Positions 10,901 through 23,000 of a stretch of 64,000 bases of DNA are shown one piece after another; positions within the stretch are counted from its first letter, which is position 1, and the number at the start of each line of letters is the position of its first letter. Source of the stretch: Perkinsela sp. CCAP 1560/9 (taxonomy: Eukaryota > Protista > Euglenozoa: Kinetoplastea); assembly GCA_965644495.1 (NCBI GenBank), contig CBFFSA010000041.1:12836-76835 (forward strand), given 5' to 3'. The notes under the pieces are model-generated. The model worked only from the letters and a program-made list of their open reading frames with translations, was not told the origin of the DNA and made no database searches. Made by a program: the position numbers and the translations under genes.

Positions 10901-13900
10901 ATGAGGGAGGCTGATTCATGCGGCTCGACGACGATACGAGAAGATGACCTTTTTGCCCAAGAGGAGAAAACACACACGCCAGGCTCCTGGGACCAGTTTG
11001 AGGGTAATCAGCATCTTATCGCTGCAACTAGTACATACGATGAATCCCTCTACACGACGCCCATACCAGAAAATATTACACCAGCCTGGCAAGACAAAAT
11101 GGAAACGGCACTACAATCTTTGCACCGAGAGAAGCAGACACCTGACACGGGGATGATTTTATCGGCAGACGAAGAGAGAAATCATTCCAGCGTATCAAGA
11201 GACTGTGCCCCCAATACGTCTGGCAAAGGTCAAGAAGTAACAAGCCAAACCCCAGAGCGGTACGAACCACATTCCATGGCCACAGCGAGGCTTCTCCCAC
11301 GAAAAAGCCCTCTTTCTAGCCAAAAGTCGACGCCCAAAATTTTCGAGAGAGGGGTTAGTAAAGATTCCAAGACTCGCCAACCAGCTAGACGAGACACAAT
11401 GAGACGTCGCACCTGTCCAGTCGAAGTGTGCAACTGGAGCACCGCATCACACGGAGGGAAGTGGCAGGCCTACTACCATCACGTCGCAAGCCAACATAGC
11501 GATACTGTGCCTTCGGAATGGTGGGAAAAAGAAGGACGTTTCTTATGCCCCTCATGCGGCAAGCACTATGATCACAATAAAAAAGCTTCCCATGAGGAAA
11601 AATGTCAAGACTCCTTGGGCTCTTACACCTCGTCGCTAACCTGTGAGCCAGAAACCGAAGAGGCTTCCATTTCCCAAATTTACAAGGATTCGCTCCCGTC
11701 TCTTGATTGTGTCTGCTCTTACGCCATCAACACATGCAAAGATGTACCATTCCGATGCAGACAACAGTGGGCCTCCGTTTTGACTCAAACAATGGCTGCA
11801 GTGGTTAGAGAGAACTCGGTTGAGGCCTGGACACGCTTAGCGATGCTCCCAAAATGTGTCCTGCCCGCGCCCAAAAGAGGGGGACGAAAAGGAAATTCGT
11901 CCTATACCACGAAAACGAGCCAACGCATGGATCGCTGGGAATCCAGGGAATACGCGGCACTGTGGAACGAATCTGTTGCGCAAATGGTAAAGAAGCGGGA
12001 GAGGAGCGATGATGAGGAAGTGGACGAGTCCGGCAAGGCGGCGAAACGAGCCGAGTTGCTGGCCAGACAAGGGGAGTTTTCCCGTGCGATGGCAGCCCTT
12101 ACAGCAGCACCGATGGCACCTGAATCCGAAGAAACTTACGAAAAACTCCAATCGAAGCACCCAGGTAGATTGCCTTTATCATCTTCCGTCACATTCCGAC
12201 CCATAGAAGGAGAGCCTTTACATCTATCCGAAGGCGAAGTTGAAAAGGCACTACGCAGTTTCCGGCGCGGAACATCGGCTGGCACCATGGGCCTCCGCCC
12301 TGAGCATCTCCAGAGCGCCTTAGCAGCACACCCTGATGACAAGGTACAGCCGCTTTTCTATCTCAAGGAAGTCATGAACCTCTTGCTGTCCGGGAAAGGT
12401 TGTCTCCAAGTCCAGAAGTTCTTCGGCGGCGCCAGACTATGTGCCTTAGAAAAAGGAGAAAATGATGTCCGTCCTATTGCTGCCGGCGAAACAATAAGGC
12501 GACTTGTGAGCAAAGCGGCCTGCTCCGCAGTAAAGGAAAAGGCAAGCAAACTACTCTGGCCTCATCAATACGGAGTCGCAACACCTGCAGGGGCCGAACG
12601 CCTGATCCACCTGTGTAGGCACGTGATGGCCTCTCAGGCGGGAAGTTCTGATTTCACGCTATGTAAAGTGGATCTGCGAAATGCCTTTAACAACATCTCA
12701 AGAACTGCCTTTGCTGCACTTACGAGGGAGCACTTCCCGGAGCTCTCCCCGTGGGTTGAATGGTGTTACACCACCGAGAGTATTCTCACTTACGGTTTCC
12801 GTCAGATTTCTTCAAAGGAGGGTGTGCAACAAGGGGATCCGTTGGGTCCTTTACTTTTTTCCCTCGTCATGCAAATGGTTACTACCGAGATAGATCGACA
12901 ACTTCCTGGTCTTCTTAAGCTTAATCTGTGGTATTTGGATGACGGCATTCTCGGGGGGAAGGCTCAAGACGTCAGACGAGCTTTAGACATCATCGAACGA
13001 GTCGGCCCACAGTGGGGCATCTTCCTAAACGCCAACAAGTGCGAGGCGATCACACATCCTGAATCCGCCGAACACCTGGACAGCTTCGGCAACATCCCGA
13101 CGACTAAAAAGACAAGCGAGGGAAATTTTTCAATTTTAGGTAGCCCTGTAGGAACGACTGATTTCTGCACAGAATTTCTCCGTGAACACACCCTGTTGCC
13201 TGCTGAAGAATCCCTAGCCGCGATCGAATACATGGAAGACCCGCAAGTTTCCCTCGCACTCATCCGACAATGTGCTGGTTTCAGCCAAATGGCATATTCT
13301 CTTAGAACCACACCCACCAATTCCGTCCATGAGCTATGCGAAGAACTTGACACAGCAATACTACATACCACGGAACGCTCTATATGTCCTTTAAATGAAG
13401 ATGCTGCCGCACAAGTACAACGTCCAAAATCTTACGGTGGATTCGGGCTGCGCTCTTCAGCGATGCATGCCTCATCGGCGTACGTTTCCTCAGTCTCTTT
13501 CGCAGCGGATAAGGACAACTGGAACTCCCTCGACGCAAAAGATTTTGCTGATGCAGTACTGGACGTCAATTCACGAGCGGGCACCAGCGTCCTGGAAGAG
13601 AAAACCGGTCTAATTTCCCCTCAGCACGCTTCCTCTCTCTCTCACCTCAAAAAAGTACTGGGTCTCCGTGGATCAAAACGACCTCTCCCGGCGAATCTTC
13701 CCGTAGCACCACCCGGAGACACGACGACCCCTTACTTTGAACAAACGAAACTCGACCACGAGTTTTCATCTTCCAACGACCGAGTCGCACGCCAAAAGGT
13801 GCTCAGCCGTGCAATTTCTTCCCGCGAGTACACCGATGCATATCAGAAAGCTGATCCTCAAACGAGGGCACGTTGGATATCTCAATCTGGAAAAGGGGCA

Positions 13901-14740
13901 GGTGACTGGCTGTTTGTCACGCCCTCCAGGGAAAAGGGGCACGCCTTTACTAAAACGGAGTTCCGCACCCTGTGCACCTGGTGGCTAGGACAAAAAGTAT
14001 ATCCAGAAACACACCCCTGTCCCGTCTCAGGCTGCACGCTTCCGATGGGACCACAAGGAGACCACGCATTGGTCTGTAAACACGACTACGGGATCTCTGC
14101 GAGGCATAATGCCTTGGCCCTCCAGTTCTTTGACGTTTGTCAAAAGGCCAATTTGTCTCCGAAAAGGGAGCACAGCCTCGGCAACAGAGGTCCAGGGGGG
14201 GCACTCACAAGACCAGGGGATGTGTTCCTTCCGAGCTACACGCTCGGTAAAGGCCTTGTCTTTGATTTTGCGGTGACCCACGTCCAGCAACAGAAATATA
14301 CGGACCTGGTCCGTTCTGCTGGCATGGTAGCTGCAGGGGCCTTCGCAGAGAAATATGCAACGAACCACAAGCGTGGACAAAGGCAAGAGGCTATAGAGGC
14401 CGGGCATGATTTCACCGCCATGGTAGTGGAATCGTACGGATCATGGAGTCCGACGTCCCTCCATATGCTGAAGAAGATCGCGGGAAAAAGAGCCGCAACA
14501 TGTAAGGGTGATATGTCCGAGCAAGCGTCAATGTTTTTTCTTCTCCAGGACATGAACGTTACGCTCATGCGGTCTCAGGCACGAATGCTTGTAAGACGCA
14601 TGGCAGACGTGTATATCCATGCCAGTCTCGCTTTACTGCACGAGGCACCCTCTGACACCACACCAAATCGTGCCAGCTGCGGACCGGCAGGAGCGATCGA
14701 GCCTACAGTGCCTATTCTCACGCCTCGCCTTCGTGAGTGA
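10901..14740 (+). CDS. CRE-A retrotransposon polyprotein: LsmAD-like, 2 zinc fingers, RT, CCHC + REL endonuclease (intact)
   Basis: First ATG after the SL. C2H2 CPVEVC..HVASQH; CPSC..H...C; KVDLRNAFN; GVQQGDPLGPLLF; LWYLDDG; GGFG; C..C..HALVC; RHN; RPGD; FDFAVTH; VVESYG. Confidence 0.92.
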   Translation: MREADSCGSTTIREDDLFAQEEKTHTPGSWDQFEGNQHLIAATSTYDESLYTTPIPENITPAWQDKMETALQSLHREKQTPDTGMILSADEERNHSSVSRDCAPNTSGKGQEVTSQTPERYEPHSMATARLLPRKSPLSSQKSTPKIFERGVSKDSKTRQPARRDTMRRRTCPVEVCNWSTASHGGKWQAYYHHVASQHSDTVPSEWWEKEGRFLCPSCGKHYDHNKKASHEEKCQDSLGSYTSSLTCEPETEEASISQIYKDSLPSLDCVCSYAINTCKDVPFRCRQQWASVLTQTMAAVVRENSVEAWTRLAMLPKCVLPAPKRGGRKGNSSYTTKTSQRMDRWESREYAALWNESVAQMVKKRERSDDEEVDESGKAAKRAELLARQGEFSRAMAALTAAPMAPESEETYEKLQSKHPGRLPLSSSVTFRPIEGEPLHLSEGEVEKALRSFRRGTSAGTMGLRPEHLQSALAAHPDDKVQPLFYLKEVMNLLLSGKGCLQVQKFFGGARLCALEKGENDVRPIAAGETIRRLVSKAACSAVKEKASKLLWPHQYGVATPAGAERLIHLCRHVMASQAGSSDFTLCKVDLRNAFNNISRTAFAALTREHFPELSPWVEWCYTTESILTYGFRQISSKEGVQQGDPLGPLLFSLVMQMVTTEIDRQLPGLLKLNLWYLDDGILGGKAQDVRRALDIIERVGPQWGIFLNANKCEAITHPESAEHLDSFGNIPTTKKTSEGNFSILGSPVGTTDFCTEFLREHTLLPAEESLAAIEYMEDPQVSLALIRQCAGFSQMAYSLRTTPTNSVHELCEELDTAILHTTERSICPLNEDAAAQVQRPKSYGGFGLRSSAMHASSAYVSSVSFAADKDNWNSLDAKDFADAVLDVNSRAGTSVLEEKTGLISPQHASSLSHLKKVLGLRGSKRPLPANLPVAPPGDTTTPYFEQTKLDHEFSSSNDRVARQKVLSRAISSREYTDAYQKADPQTRARWISQSGKGAGDWLFVTPSREKGHAFTKTEFRTLCTWWLGQKVYPETHPCPVSGCTLPMGPQGDHALVCKHDYGISARHNALALQFFDVCQKANLSPKREHSLGNRGPGGALTRPGDVFLPSYTLGKGLVFDFAVTHVQQQKYTDLVRSAGMVAAGAFAEKYATNHKRGQRQEAIEAGHDFTAMVVESYGSWSPTSLHMLKKIAGKRAATCKGDMSEQASMFFLLQDMNVTLMRSQARMLVRRMADVYIHASLALLHEAPSDTTPNRASCGPAGAIEPTVPILTPRLRE

Positions 14741-14817
14741 GGTACCCCAAGGTGAGATAGGTAGGGATTCGGACTGACAGTCCTATTTCAGCACGAAGAC
14801 GCCATGGTATCCAGGAC

Positions 14818-15045
14818 GGGTGCTGGTCGGGTCGACAGAGTCTATGCTCACGCCTAGCCCGCGAGGGCTAGGTACCCCAAGTGAGGTAGTACACGGGTAG
14901 TGAATCTCCTCCCCGTCGGCCAGCATCCTGTTTCGCGACCGTGTCGCTGTCGACACAGGCCCGCGCCTGCGCCCTCCCGTATAGCAAGGGAAGGGTTCAC
15001 AAGTCAGGCCGTGGAGTGGTCGAAAGACCCGGTCCGGAACGCGCG
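14818..15045 (+). other. Conserved structured 3' UTR RNA element (other copies at ~4786, 19446, 24023, 31457, 31925, 41876, 50886, 58150)
   Basis: Multiple stems with compensatory changes between families; see findings. Confidence 0.75.
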
Positions 15046-15193
15046 AATGGATTGGGCCTGGATTGCTTGTTTTTATTTTTACTGTTTCTTGTTTGTCGTA
15101 TATACTTAGGGGAGATTGAATTGCTAGTTTTGGGCTTAGAAAAAAGAAAAAGAAAATATACTTCTGTGGAAATAAAAAAAAAAAAAAAAAAAA

Positions 15194-15864
15194 GACGGCT
15201 GCACGCAAACTCAAGAATATAGTATATAAGTTCTAAACACAATATCACTATAAGCTGAGTCAGCTTATAAAATTATATAGATTTCATTTTCGGGATAGTT
15301 TCTCTTTGAAAATTGAGAGAAGGGGGGAAGGTAAAAAAAAAAAAAAAAAAAAAAAAGCTCCTCAAGGGCTAGGTACTCCAAGTGAGGTAGGACATGGGTC
15401 GGGAACTAAAACTTCCTCCCCGTCGGCCAGCACCCTGTTTCGCGACCGTGCCGCTGTCGGCACAAGCCCGCGCCTGCGCCCTCCCATATAACAAGGGAAG
15501 GGTTCACAAGTCAGGCCGAGGAGTGGTCGAAAGACCCGGTCCGGAACGCGCGAATGAATTGGGCATAAATTGCTTCTTTTTATTATTATTGTTATCAAAA
15601 TCATAAATAACTTAAGGCAGGTTGAATTACTAGTTTTGGGATACAACATGTGAAATTGCTAATTTGATTGCTTGTTTAATAAAAATAAAAAAAAAAAAAG
15701 ATTAAAAGTTTACGGATTGAAATTCAGGAGGGATTATATTTGAATAGGGTTTGTTAATAATTATGTACGTGTATGAACTGTATGCATTTTCGCGTGAAAT
15801 TGATTTTATTCTTATGTGACAGTAAAAATATACTTCAAAAAAAAAAAAAAAAAAAAAAAAAAAA
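15194..15864 (+). mobile_element. Three short poly(A)-terminated 3' fragments in series
   Basis: Units 15194-15356, 15357-15699 (a CRE 3' UTR fragment) and 15700-15864, each ending in an A-tract. Confidence 0.8.
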
Positions 15865-18800
15865 GTGAATCTCACTTTTTACACCCACATCAAAGATCTC
15901 CGATGAAGCTCGGACGCTCAAATCCGCAGTGAAGGATGCTCTTTCCCACCAAGGTCGAAACACTTCCCCATCGAAAGGAGTGACCAAAGCGGACTCGCGC
16001 TCGTCAAGGCGAACACCGGAGCCCCGGACATATTTCTCTTCACCGCGACACGCCGCAAACCAAAATAACTTCGCTGAAAAGACACAAACAAGAGAAGAGA
16101 CTCGGGAATGTCCGGCCATGGGATGCACTTGGAGAAGTCTGCCGCACGGAGGGTCTTGGCAAGCGTTTTATAACCACGTCGCGTGTCGCCACGGAAACGG
16201 AGTTCCCGCTACCTGGTGGGATGCAGAAGGCCGATTTCTTTGCAACTTATGCGGGCGCCATTATGACATCAACAAAAGGGAAGCTCATCCACAAGCCTGC
16301 AAAGGGAACGTTGCGAACCCCCAAATCCCATCGCGCGCAGCACACTCGAGCGACCCAAGCCACCTTCCGGGGACTCAAACTCATCACTCTGAACTTCCCT
16401 CGCTATCCTCTATCTGCACGCTGCGCCTGAACACTTGCAAGGACGTGCCTCCACGTTGCCGTCAACTGTGGGGAGAAATTATCACCAAAGCAGCCCAAAA
16501 CGCAGTCACCGAAAACTCTACAGCCGCGTGGACCCTATTCGCCATGCTCCCCAAGTGCTTACTACCCGCCCCACACCGAGGAGGACGTAAGAACCACACA
16601 ACTTACGCATCATACGTCCAGAAGTGCATGAACCGATGGCTCGCGCAAGATTATGTCTCCCTATGGAATGAAGCAGTAGACAACGCACTCAAGAAACAAT
16701 CTGTAGCCCCTACAACCGTTCACGACGAAGAGGAAAAGGCAGCTATCCGAGCAGAGCTTCTAGCTCGACAAGGCGAGTACTCTAGGGGTATGGCTGCACT
16801 CACGGCGGATGCTATGGCGCCTGACGACGAAGACACACTCCTCAAACTTCAGAGCAAGCACCCGCCCCGACATCCAGACAGTGACATCATCGACTATACG
16901 CCTCCGCCCACAGCGCCCCTAATAATGGATGAACCCGTGGTAGCGAAAACTATCAAGAGCTTTCACCGGGGTTCCTCGTCCGGAACCATGGGTTTACGAC
17001 CCGAGCACTTGCAAGCTGTACTCCTGGCGCACGTAGATAACACCGTGAAACCCCTTACTGCCCTTAAAAACCTCGTTAATCATCTACTAGCCGGGAAAGC
17101 ACCCCTAGAGGTACAACCATATTTTGCGGGAGCCAGACTTTGCGCGCTTGAAAAGGGCGAAAATGACGTCCGCCCCATAGCAGCGGGAGAAACGATACGT
17201 CGATTGGTAAGCAAAGCGGCTTGCAATGCAGTGAGGAGCAAAGCCAGGGAATTTTTTAAGGGACTACAGTTCGGCGTCGCGACACCGGCCGGTTCGGAAC
17301 GAATAATTCACACTTGCCGGCACGCAATGACAAATCATACGGACAACCCCGACATGGTATTATGTAAAGTCGACCTAAGCAACGCATTCAACAACGTTAG
17401 CAGAGCAACTTTCTTGAAACTTGTAGGCGATCATTTTCCGGAATTGTTCCCCTGGGCTAGCTGGTGCTATACGACAACTAGTGCTTTGACCTATCGTGAC
17501 CACACACTCCTTTCGGATGAAGGCGTCCAACAGGGCGATCCCCTGGGACCACTTTTCTTTTCACTGGTCTCCTTGGAACTTGCAAAAGAAATCTATCACC
17601 AGGCCGACCTGGACTTGCAGCTATGGTACCTAGACGACGGGATTCTCATTGGCAGGGCAGAAGACGTCAGGAACTCGTTGGATACAATCGCCAGAGTAGG
17701 TCCGCGATGGGGCCTATATCTGAACATGTCCAAGTGCGAAATAATCACCCCCCCTGCCTCGGCTAACGTTGTAACCATATTTCCGGACATACCCGACGCC
17801 AAAATAAACGTGTGCGGTAACTTTAGTGTCCTAGGAAGCCCAATTGGGTCCCCTGAGTACTGTACTGAATATCTGCTGACACACGCGGTTGAGCCCGCTG
17901 AAATGGCCCTTGATGCCATAACCAGAATCCGGGACCCCCAGGTAGCCATGGCGCTAATTCGACAATGTGCTGGATTCTGCAAATTGGTACATGCTCTACG
18001 AACGACGCCCCCGCAATCAGTTATGAACCTCTGCAAGCGGCTCGACGACTTCCTAATGCACGCGGTCGAATCCACTCTATGTCCTTTGCCTCCCTCCGCA
18101 CGCGCCCAAATTCAGCGCTTGAAAAGACACGGAGGTTTCGGTTTAAAATCGGCGACCGTGCACGCATCCTCCGCTTACGCCTCCTCTGTAGTTTTCGCGG
18201 CGGCCACGGACTCATGGGATGCTTCAGAAGTGGAGGGCTTTCTACAATCGATTGAAGACGTGAATTCGAAAGTTGGTATCAGTCTACTCGACTCAAACGG
18301 ACTCGTGCGTTCCATCCCGCGCCATAAATGTGAAGAACTCTCCCCCAAAGCTCGCTTCACCAAGAGATCTCGCGAGGGAGAAACCAGACATCCCTTTGAA
18401 CCCGCAAATCCGCCTTCCCTTCCTCGTGACCGCGCATTGCCTCATTCCGAAGACTTTCCACACGATACAAACCCCCTTTACGCATCCGAAGATTGCGTTG
18501 ACGCGCAGCCACCCGACTGGGCAAGTAATAGCGTCCCCCGCCAAAAAGACATAAGTTACGCGATCTCTGCCACAGAGTTCTCGCACGCATATGAAAACGC
18601 CGACGCCCGGACTCGCGCACGCTGGGCTTCTCAGTGTGGTAAAGGAGCAAGCAGTTGGGCGTTCGTAACTCCTTCCAGAGACACGGGCCACGCCTTTAAC
18701 CCCACAGAATTCCGCATCCTATCCCGCTGGTGGTTAGGTGTGCCCGTGTACGGGGAAGAAGGTACATGTCCCAAGGGGAACTGCACACTCCCATTGGACA

Positions 18801-19390
18801 TACACGGCGATCACGCTCTCACATGCAAGCACGGGGACGGTATCATCGGCCGTCACAACGCCTTGGCCGATCACTTTGCCGATACTTGCAGTAACGCACG
18901 CCTAGCTCCCCAACGGGAAAAAAGCCTCGGGAACCGGGGCCCCGGAGGCGCTCTGACTAGACCCGGGGACGTCTTCCTTCCGAGTCTCTTCCTCGGGAAA
19001 CCTATCGTGCTTGACTTCGCGGTCACTCACGCCCAGCAATCTAAATACACGGACACAGTCCGAAATGCTAGCTGGGTGGCCGCGGGGTCCTTCGCAGAGC
19101 ATTATGCCTCAGAGCAGAAAGTCCGGCAACGCCGTGAATCTGAAGATGCCGGAAGCGATTTCACAGCTATGGTGGTCGAGAGCTATGGCTCTTGGAGTGC
19201 CAGTGCTTTAGCCGTTCTCCGGAAGGTTGGAGAACGAAGGGCAAAAGCGTCCAACGGTATCTTGACAGACGAGGCCTCTACGCTCCGTCTCGTGACCGAC
19301 ATGAACGTAACATTGATGCGTTGCCAGGCGCGCATGATGATTACGCGCCTGCCGGCTGTGGACCCCTTGCCCCCTTTAATCGAGCAATAG
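15865..19390 (+). CDS. CRE-B polyprotein, 5'-truncated (no SL, no LsmAD); zinc fingers, RT, REL
   Basis: Track ORF 15929..19390 with the same motifs as CRE-A. The unit begins directly after a poly(A); its 3' UTR runs to poly(A) at ~19928-19953. Confidence 0.9.
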
Positions 19391-19953
19391 CACGATGACG
19401 GATGTGCAAGATGGGCCGCTCAGCCGGAACCCGAACAGCTGGTCCGGATGCTGGTCGATGCCGGCAGGGTCTATGCTCACGCCTAGTCCGCCAGGGCTAG
19501 GTACTCCAAGTGAGGTAGGACATGGGTAGGGAACTTTGTTCCTCCCCGTCGGCCAGCATCATGCTCCGCGACCGTGCCGCTGTCGGCACAGGCCCATTGC
19601 TTGCGCCCTCTCGTACAACAAGAGAAGGGTTACCAAGGCAAGCTGGGAGAGGTCGAAAGACCCGGTCCGGAACGCGCGAATGGTTCGGGGAAAGTCTGCC
19701 CCTCCTAGCCGAGGGAGACCTTACCCTCCCTGGAAAGCTGGTAAGATTGGTAAGGGGAAGTGGGTAATATGGGAAAGCATGTATTTGCTAGTTATATATT
19801 TTGCTCGTTTTCAAAATGGGGGGAAGTGAGGGAAAGAAGTTGAGCAAGTGGGAAAGTAAGTGAGAAAGTCATACCGTACATACATATATAAAGTTAGAAC
19901 TCGTACTCTTCCCCCCCTATTATCTGCAAAAAAAAAAAAAAAAAAAAAAAAAA

Positions 19954-19993
19954 GATACTTTAACGATAAAGATACAGTTTCTGTACCTTGTTG
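19954..19993 (+). other. Spliced-leader exon at the CRE-C 5' end
   Basis: G-ATACTTTAACGATAAAGATACAGTTTCTGTACCTTGTTG followed by AATT. Confidence 0.85.
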
Positions 19994-20038
19994 AATTATT
20001 TTTATTAATTTGTTCTTTGTTACCCGGGTCGCGATCCC

Positions 20039-23000
20039 ATGCCCACATCCGTTGAAGAGCAAAATCCGACCTTCGAGGAGGAGGCGTCGTCTCACACACT
20101 TGGGTCCTGGGATCAATTTGCGGCAAACAAATCTTTAGCGAAGGGACCTAGCACGTACGATGAGCTAATCTACACCACAGCCCTCCCTAATGATATTCCT
20201 CAGGACTGGGAAAAGAGAACGGACGAAATCCTTCGAAGTATGAAGACGGCAACGCAGGACTCAACGCCAGATTTGGGGCATGCGAATGAACTATCAAGTG
20301 AAAGAACCGAGGAAGAGATACACTGCAGTGTGCGTCGGGACGATGAACCTTCCCCTTTCCATTTCGAGGGAACGCACTCAAATTCACCCAGCCAATTACA
20401 AACTTCAAACAGGGCTGTGAAGGAGAGATGCCTGCGTCGAACAAGGGGAATGGAAGGTGCCGTTGACACAGAGAACGCGATGATGTTTCCAGACCTCACG
20501 CCTACTGAACTTGACTTCACAATCACAACAAAACGCAAAGGTAGGAGAAAGAAGAAACGAATAAAACGAACGGCAACGACGTGTACTGACGGTACCAACT
20601 CTTCAAGCCCCGAGGGTGACGAGCACGAAGACAGCGTGACACCTGAGCCCACTCAAAACGGTAAACAAAAGCGCCGCCGAGACATAGCGAAAAGCTTCTC
20701 GAATTATTTTCCTACGACAGGTCACCGGACAGACAAAACACCAAGCGGCAAATCCCAACTTCCTCCGTCTGTAGCCGCATTCCGCAGCACGCCTCAGGAC
20801 TCTTTGAAAACTTGCCCAGTTAAAGGGTGCGTGTGGAAAACACTCGCTCATGGCGGCAGGTGGCAAGCTTACTACAACCACGTAGCTACAAGACACGCGA
20901 ATGAAGTGCCCGAATCCTGGTGGACGAACGAAGGGCGCTTTCTCTGCCAGAAATGCGGGCGACATTACGAAGAAGGCAAACGAGCAACACACGACAACGC
21001 TTGCAAAGGAACCTCGACTGACTCTGTAGCCAATCCCGCGAATAACTTGACGCAGAGTTCATTGGACCACGGTTCGCGCAGCACCGATGTCTCACAGAGT
21101 GTCCAACCTCTTCCTTTACCATCGCTTTCTGATATTTGCATGACTCCTATCAACACTTCTAGGGATGTTCCATTCCGATGCCGCTACCAATGGGCGAAAA
21201 CGCTCACCGATGTATTATCCTCCGTAGCCAGCGAGAACTCCGTAGCGGCATGGACCCGTCTCGGCATGCTGCCTAAATGCGTTCTACCGGCCCCGAACCG
21301 CGGGGGGCGCAAAGGTCGTCTTTCTTATGCCTCACATGTGACAAAAAGCCTAGAAAGGTGGGGAAAAGGGGAATTTACCGCTCTGTGGATTGAAGCGACC
21401 AAAAACAACACGAAGTCGTCGCACCCATCAACCAAAGACCAAGATCAAGACCAGGAGCTTGCGCAAGAAGTAAGAAGGGCAAAAGAACGATGCGAAAAAC
21501 TTGTACGCCAGGGTGAAGTCTCTCGTGGAATGAGTGCACTAACGGCGGCACCCTTTGCACCTGACAACGACGAAACGTACTGCAAGTTGATGGCAAAGCA
21601 TCCCACTCGTGCGCAGGACTGCATGCTTCAAGATCTCCCGTACCCTAACGCACCTCCCTTGAAAGTAAACGAAGAAGAAGTTAAGCACGCTTTGGGCAGC
21701 TTTCGCAAGGGATCATCTGGCGGAACGATGTCGCTGAGAGCTGAGCACCTTCAGATAGCACTACGTGCCCACGTGGACGAGAAAGTACACCCTCTCACCG
21801 CTCTTACAGACGTAGTCAATGTGCTTCTTTCTGGAAAAGCTCCATTCGAGATTCAGGAACGTTTCGCTGGGGCCAGATTGTGTGCACTTCAGAAAGGAGA
21901 ATGTGACGTCCGACCTATAGCCGCAGGCGAGACAATCCGTCGTTTGGTTGGTAAAGTGGCATGTCTAACAGCCAAGAAAAAAGCTAGTCGCTTGTTTAAA
22001 GGAATACAGTATGGGGTTGCCACGCCAGCCGGATCGGAGAGGGTGATCCACCTCTGCCGACAGACTATGTCCCGCCATGCCGATGACACGAACTTTGTGC
22101 TATGTAAGGTGGACCTAGCGAACGCGTTCAATAGAGTATCCAGATCTGCGTTCATCGCCTTACTTCGCAAACATTTTCCAGAATTGTCAGCATGGGTGGA
22201 GTGGACCTACTCCACGGATAGTCTCCTAACTTACGGTTCCAGAACTCTTCCATCATCCGAGGGGGTTCAACAAGGGGACCCCCTAGGGCCTCTCCTTTTT
22301 TCCCTCGTAATGCTCGAAGCCGCGAAAATGATCAAAGAAGCACTCCCAGGCAGTCTCCAGCTTCACCTCTGGTACCTCGACGACGGGGTAATAGCCGGTA
22401 AGGCCGAAGACGTCAGTTTCGCTTTAGAGACTCTTTCTCGAGTTGGTCCTAAGTGGGGTCTTCACATCAATACCTCTAAATGCGAAATAATAACGAACCC
22501 TGCCTCGGCACACCAAACTGCTCTTTTTTCCGATATTCCGGAACCCAAGATAAACCGCGAAGGAAATTTTGACATTCTTGGGAGCCCCATAGGCTCTGCT
22601 CAACATTGCATAGATTTCCTTACGACACACGCCGTGGAACCGGCAGAAGAGACCCTGGAAGCTATAGAAATGCTCGAAGATCCTCAAATTGCCTTGTCAT
22701 TGATCAGACAGTGTGCGGGTTTTTGTCAAATGGTCCATTCGCTTCGAACTACCCCACCACATGAGCTTTCTGCACTCTGTCAGCGCCTTGATGAAGCAGT
22801 CCTCCATGCGTATGAATGGAATATATGCCCGCTTAGCTCCTCAGCTCGATCACAAGTTCAACGCCCGAAACGGTATGGAGGTTTTGGTCTCCGATCTGCA
22901 TCTGCGCACCGCTCAGCGGCGTACGTGTCTTCAGTTGCTTTTGCTGCAGAGACGGATCGTTGGCTACCGTCAGATGCAGAAGGATTCTCTTCCGCAGTCC

